A DNA stretch of 55,526 nucleotides, from assembly GCA_035297365.1 (NCBI GenBank), contig DATGZA010000077.1, forward strand, positions 1 to 55,526. Reading direction: 5' to 3'. This DNA comes from Nitrososphaeraceae archaeon. GTDB taxonomy: Archaea; Thermoproteota; Nitrososphaeria; Nitrososphaerales; Nitrososphaeraceae. The notes below the pieces were generated by a model that did no database searches, was not told where the DNA came from, and saw nothing but the letters and a program-made list of their open reading frames with translations. Below are positions 20,772 through 30,461 of the stretch, one piece after another (positions within the stretch are counted from its first letter, which is position 1; each line of letters opens with the position of its first letter). The position numbers and the translations under genes were made by a program.

Positions 20772-22931
20772 ATGAAAGATAATAAAAATAACTTTTCAAA
20801 ATTAATGGTAGATAAAAAAAAATATACCTTGATTATCTGTGAAAAACCTAGTGTAGCAAATAGAATATCCCATGTTTTAGGATCAAAAAAAGCTAACCAA
20901 ATTAGGATTAATAATAATACCGTATATGAAATAAGCTACAATAACTCAAATTACGTAGTTATTTCATCAAAAGGTCATCTGTATACTTTAAATGATTTCT
21001 ACAAAGACAGGAAACTTTTTCCAGTTTTTGATTTAAGTTGGGTTCCATTAACAGCAAATCAAAAAAATCGACAAAACCAAAAGCTAATAGATCTATTAAA
21101 AAGATTTTCTGAGGAGGCTGATAGAATAATACATGCCTGCGATTATGATCAGGAAGGTGAATTAATAGGATACAACATTTTACAGTTAGCCTGTGATAAT
21201 AAATATCATGGCTGTCTGAGAGCTAAATTTTCAACTTTAACTGATCAAGATATTATAAACTCATTTAATAATTTGGAAAAACCCAACACAGGTATGGCAT
21301 ATGCAGGAATGTTGAGACATATGCTAGATTTTATTTATGGCATCAATTTTTCTAGGTCGTTGATGAGTTCCATCAAATTTAAGGAAATTAAAACAAATCT
21401 AACAGTTGGCAGAGTTCAGAGTCCAACTCTTAAATTTGTAATTGATAGGGAATATGAGATCAACTGTCATATTCCTTTGCCTTATTGGAATATAAAAATA
21501 CATTTTGAGAAAGGCAATCATTCTCTATTATTATCTTATATTAAAGCAAGAATGAGCAGTATCGATGAGACAGAAATTGTATTAAAAGACTGCCAAAATA
21601 TTGATGGATTAGTAAGTGAAATTTCACAAACAAATGAATATCTACATGCTCCTTACCCATTTAATCTAGGAGACTTACAAAAGGAATCCTTTAGATTATT
21701 TCGATTTTCTCCTAACTATACTCTTTTCATAGCCGAGAAATTATACTTAAAAACACTAATATCCTATCCTCGTACTAATAGTCAAACTCTTTCAACTTCT
21801 ATCAACAATAAAAAAATATTAGAGGATCTTGCTCAAATATCTGATGAATACAAAATTAATGTCCATAAATTAATGTCACAAAAGAAATTATATCCAAACA
21901 ACGGTAATAAGACTGATCCAGCACACACTGCTATTCATCCCACTGGTAGAAAGCCATCAGGTTTAACATCTCAGGAATTTCGGGTTTATGATCTTATTGT
22001 TAAAAGATATTTTTCAACGTTTGGTGGATCGACAATATATTTGAAAACTACTATTTTTGTAACTCTTAATAAAGACCACGTATTCTATATAACTGATTAC
22101 GTTGTTTCTAAAGACGGTTGGATTGATTTTTATGTTCCTTATTACAATATGCCTAAACAATCTAAGCATTTACCTAAACTAAAAGTTGGAGATATATTGA
22201 AAAATATCGAAATGATTAGAGAAGAAAAATTCACCGAATCTCCTAAACATTTCAATTATTCTTCTTTATTGTCCAAAATGGAAAAGGAAGGAATGGGAAC
22301 CAAATCTACAAGAGGTAATATAATAGATTCACTGATCAAGAGAAATTACATTGAAGTAAAAAAAAATATCCTTTTACCTACTAAGCTTGGAATGATATTG
22401 ATTGACTATTTACAGAAAAAATCTCCAAATATTATTTCAACTGAGCTAACTAGAATGTTAGAAAAATATTTACAAGAGATTGAGCTGGGAGTTAGAAACA
22501 ATTCAAATATTTTAGATGATGTTATAAACGATATTTTAGAATCTATTGATAGTTATAAAAAAGATGATTTAGAAATAGACCTTTCTGCCATCAATATGTT
22601 AAAAAATCAAACTGAGAACTATTATAAAAATAAAAGAAAAAATATTCTAGTAGGACCATGTCCTCTTTGTCGAAAAGGAAATCTGCAAATAATAAGATCA
22701 AGAAAAACGAGAAAAAGATTCATATCATGTTCCAATTACTTTAATGACGGATGTAGTATAACCTTGCCTCTGCCTCAAAAAGGTATAATTAAATCTACTA
22801 CTAAATCTTGTTCGTATTGTAATTGGCCAGTTATCCATATTTTTTATTACACTCTTAGATTAACAAAATCTCTTTGCATAAATATTAATTGTCCAAAGAA
22901 AAAGAAACAGGTATCTAATAAGATTGGCTGA
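20772..22931 (+). CDS. topA: DNA topoisomerase IA
   Basis: CEKPS, GHL, DYDQEGE, GRVQSPTL, catalytic SYPRT, HTAIHPT, C-terminal Cys zinc ribbons. Confidence 0.93.
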   Translation: MKDNKNNFSKLMVDKKKYTLIICEKPSVANRISHVLGSKKANQIRINNNTVYEISYNNSNYVVISSKGHLYTLNDFYKDRKLFPVFDLSWVPLTANQKNRQNQKLIDLLKRFSEEADRIIHACDYDQEGELIGYNILQLACDNKYHGCLRAKFSTLTDQDIINSFNNLEKPNTGMAYAGMLRHMLDFIYGINFSRSLMSSIKFKEIKTNLTVGRVQSPTLKFVIDREYEINCHIPLPYWNIKIHFEKGNHSLLLSYIKARMSSIDETEIVLKDCQNIDGLVSEISQTNEYLHAPYPFNLGDLQKESFRLFRFSPNYTLFIAEKLYLKTLISYPRTNSQTLSTSINNKKILEDLAQISDEYKINVHKLMSQKKLYPNNGNKTDPAHTAIHPTGRKPSGLTSQEFRVYDLIVKRYFSTFGGSTIYLKTTIFVTLNKDHVFYITDYVVSKDGWIDFYVPYYNMPKQSKHLPKLKVGDILKNIEMIREEKFTESPKHFNYSSLLSKMEKEGMGTKSTRGNIIDSLIKRNYIEVKKNILLPTKLGMILIDYLQKKSPNIISTELTRMLEKYLQEIELGVRNNSNILDDVINDILESIDSYKKDDLEIDLSAINMLKNQTENYYKNKRKNILVGPCPLCRKGNLQIIRSRKTRKRFISCSNYFNDGCSITLPLPQKGIIKSTTKSCSYCNWPVIHIFYYTLRLTKSLCININCPKKKKQVSNKIG

Positions 22932-23745
22932 TCCTGTAAACATCTTCTCTCCTATTTCTTAATAATGGCAAAATATCTCTGACTTGATTTATTCTTTGTT
23001 TGTTGATTTCTACTACCTCTAATCCAATTTTATCTCCCATGTCTGTCAATACAGAACCTAATGGATCTACTACCATACTTCTTCCACAAAAAATATTTCC
23101 AACCTGATTTGCTGCAATAATATAGTTACCATTTTCTATAGCACGCGCTTTAAGCATAGTAATCCAATGTTCCTCTTTCATAACACCATTTACCCATCCA
23201 GAAGGAATTGCCATGATATCTGATCCTTCTAACGCCAGTATTCTTGCTAGTTCTGGAAATCTTAAGTCATAGCATATCATTACTCCCATTTTTCCAAAAA
23301 TGGTTTTACAGGGTTTCGTAATTTTGTCACCGTTAATAAATTTAGTAGATTCCTTAAACCCAAAAGCATCATACAGATGTAATTTTCTGTATATTGAGAT
23401 TACTTTTCCATTTTTATTTATTACAAATGCCGTATCAAAAACCCTTTTCTCTATCTTGTTTTTATTTTTTTCAAACATCGTACCGACTATTCCAATATTG
23501 TATCGTTTTGACTCTTGACGAAGCTTCTTTAAAAAATTACTATTAGAAATCGATTCAGCCACTGAAAACAATTCATCTAAATTTTGATTGCTAGGAGTAA
23601 ATGCCATTTGAAATTCTGGGAAGAAAATATAATCAGCATTTTTTCTACCGGCTTCTTCGATAAATCGAACAGAGGTTTCCAAATTTTCATTTTTATCCGT
23701 TGATGATTTCATTTGAACAATTGCAACAATCATTTTCGACTTCAT
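22915..23745 (-). CDS. Carbon-nitrogen hydrolase (Nit1-like amidase)
   Basis: FPE, YRKLHLYD, ICYDLRFPE, RAIEN, GRSMVVDP. Confidence 0.92.
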   Translation of the reverse strand: MKSKMIVAIVQMKSSTDKNENLETSVRFIEEAGRKNADYIFFPEFQMAFTPSNQNLDELFSVAESISNSNFLKKLRQESKRYNIGIVGTMFEKNKNKIEKRVFDTAFVINKNGKVISIYRKLHLYDAFGFKESTKFINGDKITKPCKTIFGKMGVMICYDLRFPELARILALEGSDIMAIPSGWVNGVMKEEHWITMLKARAIENGNYIIAANQVGNIFCGRSMVVDPLGSVLTDMGDKIGLEVVEINKQRINQVRDILPLLRNRREDVYRISQSY

Positions 23746-23989
23746 CTTTGTTATTAACAGGTTTCTACAATATTATTTTTTTTTATTTGGATATTTTTAT
23801 TGCTGTTTAGATCTGTTTTTTAATAAAAATAGGTTTTCCTTTTGAAGGTGACATTCTATTAAATGATTAATTTATCAGAAATAGAACATCCACTATTATT
23901 GCAACGTACTCTACTTTTTTAGTCATATTTCAAAGATAAAATAGCGTTTTGGTTGAAAGTTATTTTATTTGTATACATAGGACTAAAAT

Positions 23990-24310
23990 CTCGTTTGATG
24001 AGATAGATAATCAAGATCCATTTAAGGAAAAACAGTTGTAATAAAGTTCTATTGGTATGAGAAAGTGCTTCATTTGACATAAACAAGATGACATTAGAAT
24101 ATGCAAATGCAAAGAGACTTGCTGACTGTATTATATCTTCCAAGCAGGGCTCAATACCTAAATCCAAATGAAAGCAAGGAAAATCAGTATATAAAATCAG
24201 ATTTATGGGAAAACACATTCTATACCAATATAGAAGAACAAAAAAAAGCAGATCAAAATATCTGGATATGACGTTTGGAATGAGCTATAATCACTTTGAC
24301 ATTTGACTTG
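23990..24310 (+). mobile_element. Degraded IS630-family transposase remnant
   Basis: VLLV*ESASFD (cf. VLVWDNASFH), then after a frameshift LYLPSRAQYLNPNE..IK..FY..IEEQK (cf. YLPxYSPxLNPxE); boundaries approximate. Confidence 0.7.
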
Positions 24311-24424
24311 GACATAAATTTTATTCAATTAAAATTAATTGATACATTGACATACAAATATTATTTTCAAGAATGAGAAAGGAACAATAGTATATATAAT
24401 TAAATTTTGATTTAAAAAATAGCA

Positions 24425-24832
24425 GTGATAAATTCAAAACGAACTTTCTATACTCTTAGTTCAGGAATTTTAATGGTAGTTTTATTATTGCCCTTAACCA
24501 ATATTAAGGCACAAGAGGAAAATCAGAAGAACAATTTCTTTACAATTTTATCCAATATCAGAAATTTACTAGATAAGGCAATAACAGAATTAAATACAGG
24601 AAATTATACAGGCGCATCTGAACTAATCGATATTGCATATATCGACAATTATGAATATATTGAAGATCCATTAAAGGACCTTGATAAAGATCTCATGGAA
24701 GAAACAGAAGTAATGATTAGACAAGATTTTGCAAGTGCTATCCAGGACAAAAAGCCTTTGGACGAAATTATGACATTACATAACAATATAAAATCCAACT
24801 TGGACATGGCAGAAAAATTATTTAAACAGTAA
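24425..24832 (+). CDS. Secreted helical protein homologous to the FTR1 extracellular repeat
   Basis: Signal peptide; AYIDNYEYIEDPL...LMEETE matches repeats in the downstream FTR1. Confidence 0.8.
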   Translation: MINSKRTFYTLSSGILMVVLLLPLTNIKAQEENQKNNFFTILSNIRNLLDKAITELNTGNYTGASELIDIAYIDNYEYIEDPLKDLDKDLMEETEVMIRQDFASAIQDKKPLDEIMTLHNNIKSNLDMAEKLFKQ

Positions 24833-24953
24833 TTTTATTTTTATTGAATCAGTAATACCATGTTTTGAATAAATATTTTTATTTGAGATATAATAAAAAA
24901 TATTTTACTTTCTTTTTCAATCATGAACTTTTCTATATATTTAAATATAGCTA

Positions 24954-24972
24954 ATAAGTTAGGATAACCTAA
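24954..24972. promoter_or_regulatory. DtxR/IdeR-like operator downstream of TATA box (24940-24947)
   Basis: ATAAGTTAGGATAACCTAA, 15/19 identical to DtxR consensus TTAGGTTAGCCTAACCTAA; core TTAGG-N4-CCTAA. Confidence 0.7.
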
Positions 24973-25006
24973 TATCTTAGAAGAATGTCAAAGAAGGATT
25001 CAAAAT

Positions 25007-27442
25007 ATGAATAACAATGAAAAAAAATTGAATTATAAGTTACTATGTCTATCTTTCTTCATATTTATTTTTGTCATTTGTATTTTCTCTCCTTATCATG
25101 CATCTTCTGAAGTAGATGTTGTTAATAACGATTCTAAATCCCTAATATTTTCAGAGGATTTACAAAGAAACTTCACGCTATTTAACAACCTCGAAAGAAT
25201 TCTCACAAAGATAAATTTGGCAGATGATAGTTTTGAGTCTGGTAATATACACGATGCTTTTTCATATGCATATTTTCCCCATCAGGTGATTTTACCATTA
25301 ATAAAAGATGAATTGTTATTAATCGATCCTATGTTGTCTTCAAAATTAGAACATTTGTTGACGGACCTTCCAATATATCTTGTCAATATTAAACCGGAGG
25401 GGGATTTGGTGAGGAAAACCTTTTCAGAAACACGAACTACGATTGAATCAATTGAAAATAATTTAATCAATATAAAAAGTCTTGATTCAAAATATTTTCT
25501 AATTCAAAGTTCTATTGTGATACTGAGAGATGCTAAATCAGTATTAGGAAATATCAAATCAAACCAATCTCAACTGGAGAGTGAGCTATATTATCAAATT
25601 ATCGACGAACTTGTTAATAGATCTGAATATCAAATTAGCCGCATTTCTAATTCAATTCCTAGTCAAGAATTTGATTCTGTTTCGGATCTGTATTTGCAGA
25701 TAGGAAATTATACTGCAAACCATGATTATAATGCTATTTTTAAATCAATGAATATTTTAGAAAAGGAACTAATGAAATTATCTAAAAGTTCTTTATCCAA
25801 AAGTCTTCCTTTAGAGATCCAAAATTATTTCTCTAATATTGATTCTCTATTAAACATTGTAGTAAACGAAATCAAGGACAACAATGACTATAAAAAAGCA
25901 GATAAGGCTGCTATTTCAGCATACTTAGATAATTATGAATATCTTGAAGCCTCAATAGAACAAATTGATCCAGAACTAATGTTGGAAATTGAATTAAATA
26001 TGAGGGAAGGATTAAGACAAATGATAAAAGACAACGCACCATCAGAACAGATTGAATTCTTTGTAAATGAAATTTTACAAAAACTGGGCAAAGCAGAGAA
26101 TGTTTTATTAAATGACGCATCAATCACAACTGTAGTCACCAACAGAGGGATCGTCAATCATTATAATGGCAATCAACAGAGCAATAATTTAGCAGATATA
26201 AATAAACTTAGTAAAGGGTTCGGAATTTTTCAAGGTGAAAAAAAGAATATTGGCGAAGCTTCTGAAGAAGAGAAAAGCGAGGTAAGAAGCGATGTAGATC
26301 AAATTAGATTAAGTTTACAAGAAGTATTAAATTTCTATAAAGAAGACAAATATGAAGAATCTCTAATAACCGCACGCTCTGCATATTTAGATAGTTATGA
26401 AAAGATAGAGTTACCATTGAGACCAATTGATCCTGATTTCACGCTAGAAATGGAAATTAAATTCGCAGAGCTTAGAAACTTGATAGAAAAGCATGCCTCA
26501 TATACAGAAGTCATGAGCAAAACAAGTGAAATTCAATCGGGTCTAGATGAGTCAGAAAGACTCGTATCAGGATTAGGCTCAATAGCACCAGGAATAGCCT
26601 TTTCGTCTTCATTTTCTATAATTTTTAGAGAAGGATTGGAATCTGCTTTGATCATTGGTGCAATAACTACATATCTAGAAGCTTCACGAAACGAAAAATT
26701 CAAAAAACATGTTTATTTTGGAATTATTCTTGCAGCTGGTGCTACAGCTATTACTTGGTTTGTTGCGTCATTTCTTATAGAAATATCTGGAGCAAGTAAA
26801 GAACTTATTGAGGCAATAGCAGGAATATCTGCCGTTGCAGTACTTTTCTGGGTATCATTTTGGATTTTGAATAAAATTGAAACCAAGAAATGGATTGAAT
26901 TCGTGAAATCCAAAGTTTGGAAGGCCACAGCAACCGGAAGCGTGGTGGTCTTTGTGATGCTTTCGTTTTTTACAGTATATAGAGAGGGTTTTGAAACTGT
27001 TCTGTTTTATCAAGCAATGTTTTCTTACGCAAAAAATATGGAATTATTTGTTACGTCTGGATTGATTATTGGACTCATTGTGATAGTCTCGATCGCGTTC
27101 ATAATCAAGAAGTTGGGCAAGAAATTGCCATTAAGGGTTCTTTTTGGATTTACGATGGGGGTTGGTGCTTATATGTCTATTACTTTTTTTGGTAATGCCA
27201 TTCGTGAATTTCAAGAGATTGGATACATCTCTACAACCCATTTATTTGGAATAATTCCTAGATTGGATGTCAATCTCGCAACAATGACCGGAATACATCC
27301 TACTTTGGAGAGTATTTTAGGACAAGTCATTTTGTTATCTGTATATCTTGTTGCCTCTATGTATATTCTCTTTATTCAACCAAGGAAAAAGAAAATGATA
27401 GAGTCATCACGTAAATCAATGTCAGATTTCAAGCAAAAATAA
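25007..27442 (+). CDS. FTR1-family high-affinity iron permease with large extracellular N-terminal region
   Basis: REGLE and REGFE motifs in the C-terminal TM domain; signal peptide; AYLDxYE repeats. Confidence 0.92.
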   Translation: MNNNEKKLNYKLLCLSFFIFIFVICIFSPYHASSEVDVVNNDSKSLIFSEDLQRNFTLFNNLERILTKINLADDSFESGNIHDAFSYAYFPHQVILPLIKDELLLIDPMLSSKLEHLLTDLPIYLVNIKPEGDLVRKTFSETRTTIESIENNLINIKSLDSKYFLIQSSIVILRDAKSVLGNIKSNQSQLESELYYQIIDELVNRSEYQISRISNSIPSQEFDSVSDLYLQIGNYTANHDYNAIFKSMNILEKELMKLSKSSLSKSLPLEIQNYFSNIDSLLNIVVNEIKDNNDYKKADKAAISAYLDNYEYLEASIEQIDPELMLEIELNMREGLRQMIKDNAPSEQIEFFVNEILQKLGKAENVLLNDASITTVVTNRGIVNHYNGNQQSNNLADINKLSKGFGIFQGEKKNIGEASEEEKSEVRSDVDQIRLSLQEVLNFYKEDKYEESLITARSAYLDSYEKIELPLRPIDPDFTLEMEIKFAELRNLIEKHASYTEVMSKTSEIQSGLDESERLVSGLGSIAPGIAFSSSFSIIFREGLESALIIGAITTYLEASRNEKFKKHVYFGIILAAGATAITWFVASFLIEISGASKELIEAIAGISAVAVLFWVSFWILNKIETKKWIEFVKSKVWKATATGSVVVFVMLSFFTVYREGFETVLFYQAMFSYAKNMELFVTSGLIIGLIVIVSIAFIIKKLGKKLPLRVLFGFTMGVGAYMSITFFGNAIREFQEIGYISTTHLFGIIPRLDVNLATMTGIHPTLESILGQVILLSVYLVASMYILFIQPRKKKMIESSRKSMSDFKQK

Positions 27443-27480
27443 TCGTTTTTATTTGATTGGTTTTAATTAACATTTATATA

Positions 27481-27508
27481 TTAGTTCAACCTAATTAGTG
27501 TGGCCTAA
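27481..27508. promoter_or_regulatory. Two tandem TTAG-N6-CTAA operator boxes between TATA box and start codon
   Basis: TTAGTTCAACCTAA and TTAGTGTGGCCTAA directly after TTTATATA (27473-27480). Confidence 0.65.
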
Positions 27509-27510
27509 TT

Positions 27511-27840
27511 ATGTTGAGTCTAACAGCTATAAAAAATAGTTGGGATACTGATAAAAAGACAATTATCTCTTTTTTAAATAGTATCCTTGAAAATGATACA
27601 TATGAGATTATTTTGTTACTGATGAAAAAATCAAAAACCGTTTATCAAATACATGATGAAACAAATTTACCATTGAGTTCTATTTATAAACGAATAAAGA
27701 AATTAGAAAACATGGATATAGTTTCAATTGATAGAATTCATATTACTTCACGAGGCAGAAAAACTATTTTTTACAGAAGTAAATTAAGATCAATAAATTT
27801 TAGACTAAATGAAAATGATATGGATCTCGTAGTTAACTAA
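27511..27840 (+). CDS. Winged-helix (ArsR-like) transcriptional regulator
   Basis: KTVYQIHDETNLPLSSIYKRIKKLE HTH and GRK..FYRS wing. Confidence 0.85.
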   Translation: MLSLTAIKNSWDTDKKTIISFLNSILENDTYEIILLLMKKSKTVYQIHDETNLPLSSIYKRIKKLENMDIVSIDRIHITSRGRKTIFYRSKLRSINFRLNENDMDLVVN

Positions 27841-27974
27841 ATATCGTGAATTTCTGATTCGCTCTTATATTCTTGTATCAATTACTGCTTACTGTTTATA
27901 TCATCTAAAATTCCTCTAAAAATTCTATATGTATTAATATTAAAAAATATGATAGATATTGACTGAACAATATA

Positions 27975-30377
27975 TTGGAGATGATCAGAGGTGCATTAAG
28001 AACTATCAGGATTCAAAATTATTTAACCAGACCCCATCTACAATCACTTAGTTTATATTATTATGATCTAACCAGAATTTTCTTCTTAATACTATTCTTT
28101 TCTGGAATTTTATCTACAGGATGGTTTGGTATTCCATTAGCTCCTCATTATTTTACTGATCATGACATTACTGGTTTTCATATTTTATTTACGATTTTGA
28201 GTTTTCTAAGTACTATATGGGGAATAATGGCTTACAGAGAATTTACCAGATATGTGGACAATATCTTGTTAGCAAGGGATTTATGTAAAAAATTAGATCC
28301 AACAATTGGAGATTATAATTATTCAACATTTAATCCGGCAACAAAAAAATATGTAAACGGTTTTGTGCATTTTGGTCCTACGGATTTTTGGGATCGTGAA
28401 ACATTAGTGCCTGATTGGTTAGATAAAGGAAAATATTGGCATATTTTTCTCAGTCTTCAAACAAGTGATCAAGAAATTATTCTTAAGGTTGATAATGATT
28501 CAGATCTTCTTTTTTTTTCAGGCAAAAAGATAGTGGCGAATACTTCGCGCGAATTTTTAAAAGGCGAAAATTTTCTTAAAAAAAAATATCAATATATCGT
28601 CACTATTCCTCAATGGTTAGTAATGACTACAGATGCTGAATATTTTACAAACAATGAATTGAATATCAACGCTACTGATTTTGGTATATTAATTAATTCT
28701 ATCAATAAACAAATATCTCTCGCAACCAATATTATTACAGAACATGAAAAAAAAAGAATCAAATATTCTTGGATATTGAGTGCGATTACTAACTATCTTT
28801 TTCAGAGTTTGCCTATTAAGATCCTGTATAAAGAAATATATAGAAAAACTCTCAAATATATGCCCACACATGCTAAACAGATTATTGATGAAACTAATCT
28901 AAATCTTTCATATGTTAATCTTGATGAACTAAGCGAGTCATTACTCATATTAGCAAGAATGAAAAATATTAAACCAAACAATATTGAAAAAATTCGATAT
29001 CTTATTTTATTCCTAAAAAATATGTACGAGAAACAAGGTTTGGGCGAGGGCTCAAATCGTTACCATAATTTCCATCATAGTTTAGAGGTTTCTTATGTAA
29101 CTTTACAGATATTACCGAAAGAGTTGCATGGGCATTATTTTATTTGGGAAGATTATGAATTTTTATTGATTGCTGGTTTATTGCACGATTATGATCCATA
29201 TCAACAAAATTATAGGACCAGTATAGGATTATTTAGATTTGATGGACCTAAGGTTGAAAGAACAGTATCGATTCTGAGTGATATGAGAATTATTGATGCA
29301 TACTATAGCATGGATGAAATAGAATTCAAGCATTATTTTCAGCAAAATCAAAACCAACTTCTTCCTCCAATAGATTATGTAACCACTCATGCAGAATATG
29401 TAAAATCGGGTAAACTGATTCAGGCCATCATAGTGGAAGCTATGATTTGGAGAACAGATTATCCTTTCAAACAGAAGCTTACATCTATGAAAAAGTACGT
29501 CTATCTCTTAGGATTGATAAATGATGCAAGTAAGAGAGAAAAATATGATCTTATGTCACAAATTCTGTGGCTGGCTGATTTGTCAGTGACGTATATGGGT
29601 TCGGATCCTATTAGTACTTGGGAACGGGTAACCAATCTGTACAACGAATTATTTCTCCCAAAATTTGAAGCTATCTCTAAAACAGACAAATTCTTTTCTG
29701 AATTTATGGATATAGATATTTTCAAGGAATTAATAAACAATAGAAATTTTCCTGATATCTTTAGACAAAGATGGAACTTAGTATATCAGTTTTATCATGA
29801 AGGTAATTCGTCAAATCAAATCAACAGAATAATTGTAAAGGCCAAAAAATCTTATTCTAAAATAAATTTAGAAATAGGTTTAAAAACTGGAGACCTTTTG
29901 TTTCGTGTATCATCTGATCATCCTGAAGAATACTTCATTGGAATAGATACAGACCAGGAATCGGTAATAAATATAAAAAATAGAATTGCGGTCCTAAAGC
30001 CACAAAATGCAACAATTTTTTGGGGTGATGCAATAAAATTATTACCTAATATTTATAATAATTCAATAGACAATATTTTTTTTAATTTTTCTACACCTGC
30101 TGGCGATCGAATTGATTTAGATTTAGAAATTAATAAATTGCACTTAATTTTTCATGGTGTGTCGACTGCATTAAAAACTACTGGAATATTTCAACTATTA
30201 ATCAAATTACCTCAATCAGATGAATTTGTTATTAAGATAGTTTCAATCGCAGATCGGTATGGATTGCAGATATGTCCTTTGGAAGAACATTATGTTTATT
30301 TTCCGAAATACTCTATTCCCAAAGGATATTTTACAGATAGCACTATTTCGGTACTTCTATTTAAGTTGAAAACATAG
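27975..30377 (+). CDS. Membrane protein with HD/PDEase-like domain and C-terminal SAM-methyltransferase-like fold
   Basis: Two N-terminal TM helices; YHNFHHSLEV, AGLLHDYDP, WLADLS; C-terminal LEIGLKTG...FIGID...GDA...SIDNIFFNF. Confidence 0.75.
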   Translation: MEMIRGALRTIRIQNYLTRPHLQSLSLYYYDLTRIFFLILFFSGILSTGWFGIPLAPHYFTDHDITGFHILFTILSFLSTIWGIMAYREFTRYVDNILLARDLCKKLDPTIGDYNYSTFNPATKKYVNGFVHFGPTDFWDRETLVPDWLDKGKYWHIFLSLQTSDQEIILKVDNDSDLLFFSGKKIVANTSREFLKGENFLKKKYQYIVTIPQWLVMTTDAEYFTNNELNINATDFGILINSINKQISLATNIITEHEKKRIKYSWILSAITNYLFQSLPIKILYKEIYRKTLKYMPTHAKQIIDETNLNLSYVNLDELSESLLILARMKNIKPNNIEKIRYLILFLKNMYEKQGLGEGSNRYHNFHHSLEVSYVTLQILPKELHGHYFIWEDYEFLLIAGLLHDYDPYQQNYRTSIGLFRFDGPKVERTVSILSDMRIIDAYYSMDEIEFKHYFQQNQNQLLPPIDYVTTHAEYVKSGKLIQAIIVEAMIWRTDYPFKQKLTSMKKYVYLLGLINDASKREKYDLMSQILWLADLSVTYMGSDPISTWERVTNLYNELFLPKFEAISKTDKFFSEFMDIDIFKELINNRNFPDIFRQRWNLVYQFYHEGNSSNQINRIIVKAKKSYSKINLEIGLKTGDLLFRVSSDHPEEYFIGIDTDQESVINIKNRIAVLKPQNATIFWGDAIKLLPNIYNNSIDNIFFNFSTPAGDRIDLDLEINKLHLIFHGVSTALKTTGIFQLLIKLPQSDEFVIKIVSIADRYGLQICPLEEHYVYFPKYSIPKGYFTDSTISVLLFKLKT

Positions 30378-30461
30378 GTTGTCTAAGTTCTGGTTTTTCT
30401 TTCTTTTTTGAAATTCTTAAAAAAATATAAATGAATGATCAAATTAGGTTAATAAAAAGGA

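Noticed and set aside
23919-24218. 99-aa minus-strand ORF
   Set aside because: Antisense shadow of the IS630 remnant
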